Position numbers and translations under genes: made by a program. 63,296 nt of DNA from a virus (lineage: Duplodnaviria > Caudoviricetes): the IMG/VR virus record IMGVR_UViG_3300044638_006148, positions 1 through 63,296 of that record. One strand, written 5' to 3'. The notes beneath the pieces were generated by a model. That model was given only the letters and a program-made list of their open reading frames with translations. It ran no database searches and was not told the DNA's origin. Position 1 is the first letter of the stretch. Each line of letters begins with the position of its first letter. Below are positions 40,201-48,980 of the stretch, piece by piece.

Positions 40201-42630
40201 GGAGACCCATTAGTAGAGATTGCAGTTAGTGGTACTCAAGACGGGGTAAATAAAACCTTTACATTAGCAAGTACTCCAACAGGAATTACACAACAATTTT
40301 TCTTGAACGGTCAATTACTTATCGAGGGAGATGACTACACCATAACAGGAACAACAATTCAATTTGTTAGTGGTAGTCCTGCACCTGAGCCATCAGATAA
40401 ACTTATTTTCTACGGAAGTATAGGTTTTACTTCAAGTAGTTCAGGTACATCAGGAACTAGTGGAACCTCAGGTACATCAGGTTCAAGTGGGACCTCAGGG
40501 ACTAGTGGAAGTTCGGGAACTAGCGGTACGGATGGTACTTCGGGAACATCAGGTACTAGTGGTACTTCAGGAACGAGTGGTACATCAGGTAGTAGCGGTA
40601 CAGACGGTACTTCAGGAACTAGCGGTAGTTCGGGAACTAGTGGTACGTCAGGAACAAGTGGAACCTCAGGTACAACACCTGTAAATCAAATCACAGGATT
40701 TGGAACGACTAATACCTTACCTAAATTCACGGGAAGTACGAGTATTGGAGACAGCACATTACAAGAAGTATCGGGTAATTTAGGATTAGGAATTACACCG
40801 AGTGCATGGGTAGGTGCAACAGGTTTTCAAGTTCAATATGCAACAGTCGAAGGACGATCCTCTTTACCATCTTTTGCGGAATACGGAGCTAATACTTTTT
40901 CAGATTCGGGAGTACGAAAATATATCGCTAGTGATTTTGCAAGTAGATATACTCAATTTCAAAGTAATCATTTTTGGTTTATCGCCCCTTCAGGAACGAC
41001 AGGTAATGCTATATCCTTTACCCAAGCGATGACCTTAACCGCTGCTGGTAGGTTGCTTATTAACACACCTACCGAATCAACATTCACGTTGGATGTTAAT
41101 GGAACAGGGAGGTTTAGTGGGGTTCTAAACGGTACTAGTGCTATATTTAGCTCAGATTTTTTAGCTAATGAAACAAGTAAAGTAGGAATTTCTTTTGCTA
41201 GTGGATTTGGTCAAATTAATTCTTGGGGAGCGAATACTTCCACTTATGGTGGTTTGAAATTTCAACTTAGTGCATCTAATGGTGGTACTATTAATGCATT
41301 AACACTTACTACAGGAACGGCAACTTTTTCAAATACCGAGACAACTTTAAACTTTAACCCGCAAACTAATCTATTAGCATCATATTACTATTTAAATTTT
41401 GGTGGAGGTTCTATAATGTATAGAAATAACACTGATATCTATTTTGGTTCAAATTCAAAATACGGTTCAGCAGGTACTACTGTAGCAAATTATACTTCTG
41501 CAAATGGTATGGGAATGATTACTATGGATGGTGGGCAATTAAACTATCAAGCAAATTTAACTTCTGTAAGTGCAGGAACTGCTTATGGGATGCCTGTAAG
41601 GTTTTCAATTACAGGTGATGGTAATGTCGGTATCAACACGGCTACTCCATTTACTAAACTTGAAGTAGTTGGTGGTAATAATCTACCACCATCAACTGGT
41701 ACACAAAATTATACAATTGCATTAAGAGACCCAACATCAATGGTAGCAGGAGTTGGTGGATCAATATTATTACAAGGTTTTAAAACATCAACAACTGCAA
41801 TTGGTAATTTTGCCTATATAGCAGGAAAAAAAGAAAACGGAACTGCGGGTAATGAAGCAGGTTTTTTATCTCTCGGAACATTTGATTCGAGTGGAATTCC
41901 AACCGAAAAAATGCGTATCACCTCAGGAGGTAACGTCTTAATTGGAACGACAACGGATGGCGGTTATAAACTATTTGTAAATGGTCAAAGTTATTTAGAT
42001 GGTTACAATTTTGCATCAAGTATTCAATATACTAGGGCCGCTAGTGATACGGTTAATCCTGCAGGTGGTAATGGAATTTTGGTTTTTGCTGGTGGAAATG
42101 CTCAAATGAGAATGAATACTTCTAATGTCATTAATTTTGACATGTATAATGGAGGTAGTCCTCACACTGCTTTACAAATTCGACAAAATGGAAATACAGT
42201 TAGAGTAAATTCACCAGATAATGGATTATCTCTTGCTCTAGCATTTGGAGGGGTGGAATATGGGTATATTGGATCAACTGGTTCGTTTAGTGGAGCTTTA
42301 TTAGGATATTCAGTAAATGGAGGATATGTTTATTTATCTGCTTCTTCCACTTGGGTTGCGGCATCCGATAGGAATAGAAAAAAGAATTTTGAAAGTTACA
42401 ACAAAGGACTTGCAGAAATTTGTAATCTACAACCTACACTATTTAACCTAAAAACTCAAAGTGATGATGAACCAAAAATAGCTGGTTTGATCGCACAAGA
42501 GGTTGGAGAGCACATCACAGAAGCATTTAGTGATGGAGAGTTTATTGGTATTGACTACAATGTTTTGACAGTAACAATTATAAATGCAATCAAAGAATTG
42601 AAACAAGAAATTGACTCACTAAAAAAATGA
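37282..42630 (+). CDS. Long tail fibre 1 with (GTS)n tracts and C-terminal S74 intramolecular chaperone
   Basis: RRRLGMQVFVQE N-domain, extensive SGT repeats, GNVGI-type beta repeats, SDRNRKKN...GLIAQEV...IDY. Confidence 0.85.
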   Translation: MFPYKNPTTKSQSSLTVSVPRNAVFGNTFSILNIGGHMEVWNLDDLGLILTASTYPAQIQLSANTIPINFTRGTGTAFSPDSVSLNSDNISSGRRRLGMQVFVQETGNVYQYTIPNYEILWNNLSGLTGSSAVTQSGYSTIVNNLSQPGRNFIAAWTGSTIEGVNGVTTENARWRIFKGTDVQITGGTYFSAITTLDLFNSTGGTISISGFNGSVTGGTYDSETESLTLNNSDGTDVIITGITSGTGSALSVGDGVTTVNPVSGITFSGAVVTNSGEGNIIVNITGATAGTSGTAGTSGTSGSSGTAGTTGTSGTSGTSGTSGTSGLTGSSGTSGTSGSSGSSGTNGTSGTSGLTGSSGTSGTSGLNGSSGTSGTSGSSGSSGTTGTSGSSATSGTSGTSGTSGLNGSSGTSGTSGNSGSSGTTGTSGSSGLNGLSNAFFNYQAKTTLTTGDPLSGYLIWNATQNIATQINISDTDSYGDNIDIFLTNLVSGTTITIQDQSDHTKYQSWLIGSVVDQTTYWEIPVSLITYTHGFGDNDPILFIITTTPSGTSGTSGQSGTSGTSGTTGTSGTSGTSGSSGTSGTSGTSGTSGTSGSSGTSGSSGTTGTSGTSGSSGTTGTSGSSGTFGTSGTSGTDGSSGTSGTSGSSGTSGSSGTSGSSGTTGTSGTGGIDGSSGTSGTTGTSGTSGTSGTTGTSGSGGTSGTSGIDGSSGTSGTSGSSGTAGTSGVSPSGDPLVEIAVSGPQNNVNKTFTLASTPTGLTQQFFLNGQLLIEGDDYTLTGATIQFVSSRPAPDPSDKLIFYGSIGLSASTSGTSGTSGTSGTSGIDGTSGTSGVGGTSGTSGTSGSNGSSGTSGTSGTSGTDGSSGTSGTSGGDGSSGTSGTSGTDGSSGTSGTTGTSGSSGTSGTSGTDGSSGTSGTSGSSGTTGTSGTSGTSGSSGTSGTSGTTGTSGTSGTDGTSGTTGTSGTSGVSPSGDPLVEIAVSGTQDGVNKTFTLASTPTGITQQFFLNGQLLIEGDDYTITGTTIQFVSGSPAPEPSDKLIFYGSIGFTSSSSGTSGTSGTSGTSGSSGTSGTSGSSGTSGTDGTSGTSGTSGTSGTSGTSGSSGTDGTSGTSGSSGTSGTSGTSGTSGTTPVNQITGFGTTNTLPKFTGSTSIGDSTLQEVSGNLGLGITPSAWVGATGFQVQYATVEGRSSLPSFAEYGANTFSDSGVRKYIASDFASRYTQFQSNHFWFIAPSGTTGNAISFTQAMTLTAAGRLLINTPTESTFTLDVNGTGRFSGVLNGTSAIFSSDFLANETSKVGISFASGFGQINSWGANTSTYGGLKFQLSASNGGTINALTLTTGTATFSNTETTLNFNPQTNLLASYYYLNFGGGSIMYRNNTDIYFGSNSKYGSAGTTVANYTSANGMGMITMDGGQLNYQANLTSVSAGTAYGMPVRFSITGDGNVGINTATPFTKLEVVGGNNLPPSTGTQNYTIALRDPTSMVAGVGGSILLQGFKTSTTAIGNFAYIAGKKENGTAGNEAGFLSLGTFDSSGIPTEKMRITSGGNVLIGTTTDGGYKLFVNGQSYLDGYNFASSIQYTRAASDTVNPAGGNGILVFAGGNAQMRMNTSNVINFDMYNGGSPHTALQIRQNGNTVRVNSPDNGLSLALAFGGVEYGYIGSTGSFSGALLGYSVNGGYVYLSASSTWVAASDRNRKKNFESYNKGLAEICNLQPTLFNLKTQSDDEPKIAGLIAQEVGEHITEAFSDGEFIGIDYNVLTVTIINAIKELKQEIDSLKK
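39463..40425 (+). repeat. Internal duplication of a 79-aa domain in fibre 1 (39463-39699 and 40189-40425)
   Basis: VSPSGDPLVEIAVSG...NKTFTLASTPTG.TQQFFLNGQLLIEGDDYT...SDKLIFYGSIG occurs twice. Confidence 0.92.
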
Positions 42631-42741
42631 AGACGAACCAAAAACTATGAATTAAAATCCATACTACAAAGAAACAATATAGTATAAAACTATTTAACAA
42701 TAAACTAAGAGCATAAACACCACAGAAAAAAGTTCCATAAA

Positions 42742-44940
42742 ATGATTACACGTATAAGTTCATATTCTCGAATAAAAGGGGTTAGTGTTAGTAGTCCTTG
42801 TTTGGTGGCGACCATTGATTCGATTACTCTTAGCGGTACTCAGACTATAGATGGAGTTGTTGTTAATGTTGGAGATAGAGTATTGGTTAAGAATCAGAGT
42901 CCAGCATCAGCAAATGGAATTTATGTTGTAAGTGAAGGGGCGTGGTCTAGAGCGGTAGATATGTCTATTGATGAAGATGTATTTCAAGGACTTCAGACAT
43001 ACATTAATTCTGGTACCACCACAGGAGATAAAATTTTTATTTTAAATACTCCAAATCCTATTGTGTTGGGAACAACCAATTTGAATTTTGTGATATCTGT
43101 TGCTTCTGTTGGAAGTTCAGGTACGTCTGGTTCTTCTGGAACGTCTGGTACTAGTGGGACAAGTGGGACTTCAGGTAGTTCTGGAACTAGTGGTTCAAGT
43201 GGTACGTCAGGGACATCAGGTAGTAGCGGTACGTCAGGAAGTTCGGGTAGTTCTGGAACTAGTGGCACATCAGGAAGTTCAGGTAGTAGTGGAAGTTCGG
43301 GATCTAGTGGTTCAAGTGGTACGTCAGTAGCAGTATCAGGAACTACAAATACACTACCTAAATTTACAAGTTCTACAACTATAGGCAATAGTGCCGTTAC
43401 TGATGATGGAACAACAGTTACATTGGTTGGTAGAGCTTTAAGTGGTACAACGGCTACGTTTAGTGGTAGTGTAACGGCATCGGGAGATATTACTAGTTCA
43501 AATGGTAAATTTTTTGTGGTAAATACTTTTGGTTACTTTTTTGGAGGTAATGACAATTTGACTGGATGGCAAGGATCGAATGGTACACAAATCATTCAAG
43601 GATTTACTGGAGGAGGCGAAAAAATGCGTATCTTCTCTGATGGTAATGTTGCAATTCAAGCCGGAGGTACATTTACAAACAACGGAGCAAAGTTGCAGGT
43701 TAATGGCAACATAAGTATTAGTGGGAATAATTATCTTGATTTTGGTAATGGGGATTCACGCATAGTAAATACGGGTGGCATATTGTCCTTCCAAACATAT
43801 ACTATTGGGGATTTTGGGACTAGAATGACTATAACAGGCCCAGGTAATGTAGGCATAGGAACTGCTACAATAAATGCTTCATCTGGTTATAAGATGTTGA
43901 AGATAAATGGCGTAACAACAGGTGGTGAAATAGTTTTAGCGGGTGGTGAAGTTGAATATGGGTATATGTATGCAAGTTCAGGGGTTTTTGTAATTGATGC
44001 ACTTACCTCTAAGCCTATGAGATTTAGGGCAGGTGCTCAAAATAGAATGGAAATCACTTCGGGAGGCAATGTAGGCATAGGCACAACTAGTCCTACTGAA
44101 AGATTACATTTAGTAAATACTACAACAGGATTTGTAGGTTTAAGATTAGAAGGAAGTGAAACTTATGCAGGTACTGATTGGACTATTTATGCTTCATCTT
44201 CATCACCAAGTAGTGCGGATGATTTTTTAGGTTTTTATAATAATTCAACTGCTGACGGAGCAACGGCAGACTATAAATTAAGAATTTTTAAAAACGGCAA
44301 CGTAGGTATAGGCACGGCTAGTCCTACTACGAGGCTAGATGTTCGGGCTAGTGTTGCAGGAACAGTAGTAGAAGTAAGAAATGAAAGGAATGCTGCTTCT
44401 GGCGATTATGCATTCGTTACAGTTTTAGGTTCAAATGCAATAAATACAAATAGCTATCAATATATAGCAGGTACAATAGGCGGTGCTGATAGATTGTACA
44501 TTTATGGAAATGGTAACGTAGTAAATGTAAATAATTCTTATGGTTCTTTATCAGATATTAAACTGAAAGAGAATATCACAGATGCTTCACCTAAATTAAA
44601 TGACCTTCTAAAAGTCAAGGTAAGAAACTACAATTTAATTGGAGAAGATACTAAGCAAATCGGGGTAATTGCTCAAGAACTAGAAGAAGTATTCCCTGCA
44701 ATGATTGATGAATCCGAAGACTTCGAATATGTAGAAGTTCCTCAACTAAATGAAGAAGGAAACGAGATATTAAATGAGGAAGGCGAAATAGTAACTACCA
44801 AAGAAAGAGTAAGCAAAGGTACTACTACAAAATCCGTAAAATATTCAGTATTTGTACCTATGCTTATCAAATCCATCCAAGAACAACAATCCCAAATCCA
44901 AGAACTGAAAGCAGAAATTGAAATATTAAAACAATCATAA
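42742..44940 (+). CDS. Tail fibre 2 with S74 chaperone
   Basis: GDRVLVKNQ..NGIY N-domain, SGT tract, GNVGIGT repeats, SDIKLKENI...GVIAQELEEVFP. Confidence 0.85.
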   Translation: MITRISSYSRIKGVSVSSPCLVATIDSITLSGTQTIDGVVVNVGDRVLVKNQSPASANGIYVVSEGAWSRAVDMSIDEDVFQGLQTYINSGTTTGDKIFILNTPNPIVLGTTNLNFVISVASVGSSGTSGSSGTSGTSGTSGTSGSSGTSGSSGTSGTSGSSGTSGSSGSSGTSGTSGSSGSSGSSGSSGSSGTSVAVSGTTNTLPKFTSSTTIGNSAVTDDGTTVTLVGRALSGTTATFSGSVTASGDITSSNGKFFVVNTFGYFFGGNDNLTGWQGSNGTQIIQGFTGGGEKMRIFSDGNVAIQAGGTFTNNGAKLQVNGNISISGNNYLDFGNGDSRIVNTGGILSFQTYTIGDFGTRMTITGPGNVGIGTATINASSGYKMLKINGVTTGGEIVLAGGEVEYGYMYASSGVFVIDALTSKPMRFRAGAQNRMEITSGGNVGIGTTSPTERLHLVNTTTGFVGLRLEGSETYAGTDWTIYASSSSPSSADDFLGFYNNSTADGATADYKLRIFKNGNVGIGTASPTTRLDVRASVAGTVVEVRNERNAASGDYAFVTVLGSNAINTNSYQYIAGTIGGADRLYIYGNGNVVNVNNSYGSLSDIKLKENITDASPKLNDLLKVKVRNYNLIGEDTKQIGVIAQELEEVFPAMIDESEDFEYVEVPQLNEEGNEILNEEGEIVTTKERVSKGTTTKSVKYSVFVPMLIKSIQEQQSQIQELKAEIEILKQS

Positions 44941-45024
44941 GAATATTTATTATAAATAATGAAACACAAATCTATTTAATAATAAACTAAGGATAGTTTT
45001 TCAATACAAGCCAGGTTCCATAAA

Positions 45025-48000
45025 ATGATTACACGTGTAGGTACATATTCTCAAATAAAAGGTGTTAGTGTCAGTAGTCCTTGTTTAGTAGCAACTAGTG
45101 ATTCCATAACACTTAGTGGTACTCAGACAATAGATGGTGTTTTTGTAGATGTTGGAGACCGAGTATTGGTTAAGAATCAGAGTCCAGGTTCTGATAATGG
45201 AATTTATGTTGTAAGTGAAGGTTCATGGGATAGAGCTGTTGACATGTCTCTTAACATTGATGTATTCCAAGGACTTCAGGTATATATTAATTCTGGAACT
45301 ACCACAGGAGACAAAGTTTTTATTTTGAATACTCCAAATCCGATAATTTTAGGGACAACTAATTTAAATTTTGTGATATCTGTTGCTTCTGTTGGAAGTT
45401 CAGGTACGTCTGGTTCTTCTGGAACGTCTGGTACTAGTGGTACGTCAGGGACTAGCGGTGGAACGGGAAGTGGTGGTACATCGGGAACTAGTGGAACAGA
45501 TGGTACTAGCGGAACTTCAGGTTCATCTGGTACATCAGGAACTAGTGGTACAGATGGTTCAAGTGGTACATCAGGAACTAGTGGTACAGATGGTACTAGC
45601 GGAACTTCAGGTTCATCTGGTACATCAGGAACATCTGTAGCCGTATCGGGTACAACAGATTATATCGTTAGATTTACCTCAGCAACAACAATCGGAGACA
45701 GCTCTACCTGCCAATTAAGTAATGGTGACTTATTAGTTAATAATAATGTTAGTGTTGGTATGGGTGGTGGTAGTGTTACATCAAATACTAGAGTGGGACT
45801 CAATGCTTTAAGTGGTAATACCACAGGTATTGGTAACACTGCTGTTGGAGCTTGTGCGTTGAGAACTAATACAGTAGGTGTTTTGAATACCGCAATTGGT
45901 AATTGTTCATTAGTAAATAACGTAAACGGTAGTCGTAACACAGCAGTCGGATTTGCGGCATTGAGGTATAACACAACTGCTTGTTATAATACAGCTGTAG
46001 GTGCACAATCATTAAGAGATAATACAACAGGATGTCGAAATACTGCAGTAGGTACTTATGCTCTTTGTCTCAATACAGTAGGTGTTTGTAATACTGCAGT
46101 AGGAATGAACTCCCTTGCGAATAACACAACCGGAAGTCGTAATACTGCGATTGGGGCTGGTGCACTATTTATCAACAATAATAGTGACAATACAGCTGTA
46201 GGATATTTTTCCCTAGTATCTAACACAACCGGATACTTTAATACTGCATTAGGTACAAGTGCGCTAAGATCAAATACCATAGGTGGTAGAAATACCGCAG
46301 TTGGTTTTCAGGCTTTGTTTTCCAATTCAACTGGAATTAGAAATACTTCGGTAGGACAAAGTGCTTTACAACAGAATACAGTAGGGCAAGGAAATACTGC
46401 TGTAGGATATATTGCATTATTCTTAAATACATCAGGAAGCCTTAATACCGCAGTGGGGCGAGAGGCATTGTGTGCCAACACAACTGGATTTCAGAACACG
46501 GCATTAGGCTCATATGCATTAAAAAATAACACTACTGGATATTTCAATACTGGAGTAGGTATTAGTGCACTACAACAAAATACCACAGGAGCTAAAAATA
46601 CTGCAGTAGGCTTGAACGCTCTTTTAAATAATACAGGAGGTTTTAGAAATACTGCAATGGGGCAAAGTGCTTTACAGCAGAATACAAATGGATCAAGCAA
46701 TACTGCTGTAGGATATCACGCCTTGATTGCAAATTCAACAGGGGCCTTTAATACCGCAATGGGATGTGGGGCGTTAAGAAATAATAATGCAACTGCTATA
46801 ACAGCAGTAGGATATAGAGCACTATACTCCAATACAACTGGAGCGCAAAATACTGCAGTTGGGGCCAGAGCATTAAGACAAAATACAATAGGAAGTAGTA
46901 ATATTGCTGTTGGAACTTATGCTTTATATAGTAATACAGGAGGAGTCTGTAATATTGCGGTAGGTAGAAACGCTCTTTTATTTAATCAAGTTGGGTCACA
47001 GAACGTAGCTATAGGTACTGACGCCTTGTTTGCTAGCGTCGGCAACAACAACGTAGCAATAGGTTGGGAAGCCTCAAGAAATAATACAAGTGGATCACTT
47101 AACATAGCCTTAGGGAGTAGAACATTAAGAAATAATACAATAGGAAACTGGAACACTGGATTAGGAACTTATGCTTTATATTGTAATACAACAGGAACAG
47201 GTAATGCTGCAGTAGGAGGATTATCATTGTTTTCCAACACAATAGGAGCAAACAACACAGCAGTTGGATTTTGTGCATTAAGAAGTAATACAATAGGTGG
47301 TAGTAATACATCTATTGGTTATAATGCATTAAGCTGTAATACTACAGGTACTTTAAATGTTGCTATAGGTACTCGTGCTTTATTACTCAATACAATTGGT
47401 TGTACTAACGTTGCTGTAGGTGATAGAGCTTTATGTTCTAACGTTAGTGGTAATAGAAATGTGGCAATAGGACAGGAGGCAATGCGTTTTAATACAGCTT
47501 CGAATAATACAGCTGTTGGGTACTATGCATTAAGAAGTAATACTACAGGGACTTGTAATACTGCTATTGGAAATGGAGCAATGCAATGTAATACAATATC
47601 CGACAACAATACTGCTGTAGGTACTAATGCATTGTTTAATAATACTACAGGAACGGGTAATACTGCCGTAGGAAGAAGAGCACTAGAAGCAAATACTACC
47701 GGTAGATACAATGTTGGTATGGGAGTTAACTCTTTAGTGTTTAATACTACTGGTTCTTGTAATACTGGTCTTGGATTATCAGCGTTACAAAGTAATACAA
47801 CAGGATATGCTAATACTGCAATAGGATTTAGTTCTTTATGTGTCAATACTACTGGATTTTATAATGTAAGTATAGGATTTAATGCTGGAAGTGGTAGTTT
47901 AGGGACATGTCAAAACGTTATCATTGGAGCCAAAGCAGGTTTGGGAACCGCAGGTAACTCAAATGTTGCTGTAGGATATAATTCTTTAAGATGTAACATA

Positions 48001-48924
48001 GCAAACGCAAACGTAGCAGTTGGAGGTAATTCGATGAGAAATAATACTACTGGAGCGGCAAACGTAGCTATTGGTTTCGATGCAATGTCACAGAACACTA
48101 TAGGTGCCGGCATCACAGCAGTTGGGGTCTGTGCGTTGAGAAATAATACAACTGGTTATGGAATGACGGCCGTAGGATACAGAGCAGCACCATCATCAAC
48201 ATGTCGTTTTATTACTGCAATAGGATTTGGAGCTTTATGTCTTGCTACTGCGGCTTGTCACAATACCGTCGTAGGCGCATTAGCAGGAAGAAACGTCACC
48301 ACAGGTATTGCAAACATTGCTGTAGGATATTACGCTTTAGGTAAAAGTACAACTGGTAGTGGAAATACCGTTTTAGGTCACTACGCGCAGACTTCAATAA
48401 CAGCAGGTGTAAATAACACCATAGCCGTGGGTTGTTGCGCATGTACTTCAGCAACAACAGGCCATTCAGTTTGGGGTAACTCATCAAACAATACTTGCAA
48501 CTGTGTTTATGTGGCATGGTCTACTGTTTCCGACTGTAGAGACAAAACCAACGTTCAAACATTACCATCCAAATTAGGTTTAGATTTAATCAAGAAACTA
48601 CGTCCCGTATCCTTTAACTGGGACCATAGAGATACTTACGTTAGAGAATGTAGCTATGAGTATGGTACAAAAGACGGTAACTTAGTAGGAACAAAAGAAC
48701 ATTACGGTCTAATTGCCCAAGAATTAAAATCCGTACTAGAAGAATTAGATGTTAAATTTGATGGTTTAGGACATGATGACGATAAAGATGCTTATCGAGT
48801 TACATACGAAGAATTAATTCCATCAATAATTAAATCAATACAAGAACAACAATCACAAATAGAGTCTCTTAAATCTGAAAACGATGAATTAAAGTCCATA
48901 CTACAAAGAAATAATATAGTATAA
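45025..48924 (+). CDS. Tail fibre 3: Cys-rich 14-residue NTAVG beta-roll repeats, S74 chaperone
   Basis: Same N-domain as fibre 2; NTTG..NTAVG..AL repeats; SDCRDKTN...GLIAQE. Confidence 0.85.
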   Translation: MITRVGTYSQIKGVSVSSPCLVATSDSITLSGTQTIDGVFVDVGDRVLVKNQSPGSDNGIYVVSEGSWDRAVDMSLNIDVFQGLQVYINSGTTTGDKVFILNTPNPIILGTTNLNFVISVASVGSSGTSGSSGTSGTSGTSGTSGGTGSGGTSGTSGTDGTSGTSGSSGTSGTSGTDGSSGTSGTSGTDGTSGTSGSSGTSGTSVAVSGTTDYIVRFTSATTIGDSSTCQLSNGDLLVNNNVSVGMGGGSVTSNTRVGLNALSGNTTGIGNTAVGACALRTNTVGVLNTAIGNCSLVNNVNGSRNTAVGFAALRYNTTACYNTAVGAQSLRDNTTGCRNTAVGTYALCLNTVGVCNTAVGMNSLANNTTGSRNTAIGAGALFINNNSDNTAVGYFSLVSNTTGYFNTALGTSALRSNTIGGRNTAVGFQALFSNSTGIRNTSVGQSALQQNTVGQGNTAVGYIALFLNTSGSLNTAVGREALCANTTGFQNTALGSYALKNNTTGYFNTGVGISALQQNTTGAKNTAVGLNALLNNTGGFRNTAMGQSALQQNTNGSSNTAVGYHALIANSTGAFNTAMGCGALRNNNATAITAVGYRALYSNTTGAQNTAVGARALRQNTIGSSNIAVGTYALYSNTGGVCNIAVGRNALLFNQVGSQNVAIGTDALFASVGNNNVAIGWEASRNNTSGSLNIALGSRTLRNNTIGNWNTGLGTYALYCNTTGTGNAAVGGLSLFSNTIGANNTAVGFCALRSNTIGGSNTSIGYNALSCNTTGTLNVAIGTRALLLNTIGCTNVAVGDRALCSNVSGNRNVAIGQEAMRFNTASNNTAVGYYALRSNTTGTCNTAIGNGAMQCNTISDNNTAVGTNALFNNTTGTGNTAVGRRALEANTTGRYNVGMGVNSLVFNTTGSCNTGLGLSALQSNTTGYANTAIGFSSLCVNTTGFYNVSIGFNAGSGSLGTCQNVIIGAKAGLGTAGNSNVAVGYNSLRCNIANANVAVGGNSMRNNTTGAANVAIGFDAMSQNTIGAGITAVGVCALRNNTTGYGMTAVGYRAAPSSTCRFITAIGFGALCLATAACHNTVVGALAGRNVTTGIANIAVGYYALGKSTTGSGNTVLGHYAQTSITAGVNNTIAVGCCACTSATTGHSVWGNSSNNTCNCVYVAWSTVSDCRDKTNVQTLPSKLGLDLIKKLRPVSFNWDHRDTYVRECSYEYGTKDGNLVGTKEHYGLIAQELKSVLEELDVKFDGLGHDDDKDAYRVTYEELIPSIIKSIQEQQSQIESLKSENDELKSILQRNNIV

Positions 48925-48980
48925 ATCTATTTAGTAATAAACTAAGAATAGTTAATTTCAATACAAACAGGTTCCATAAA

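Noticed and set aside
42628-42630. Genome-wide stop-codon reassignment suggested by the in-frame sequence after this TGA
   Set aside because: Code 11 gives dense full-length genes, and TGA and TAG end genes normally elsewhere (e.g. 4967, ATGA overlaps, 2435, 60913).
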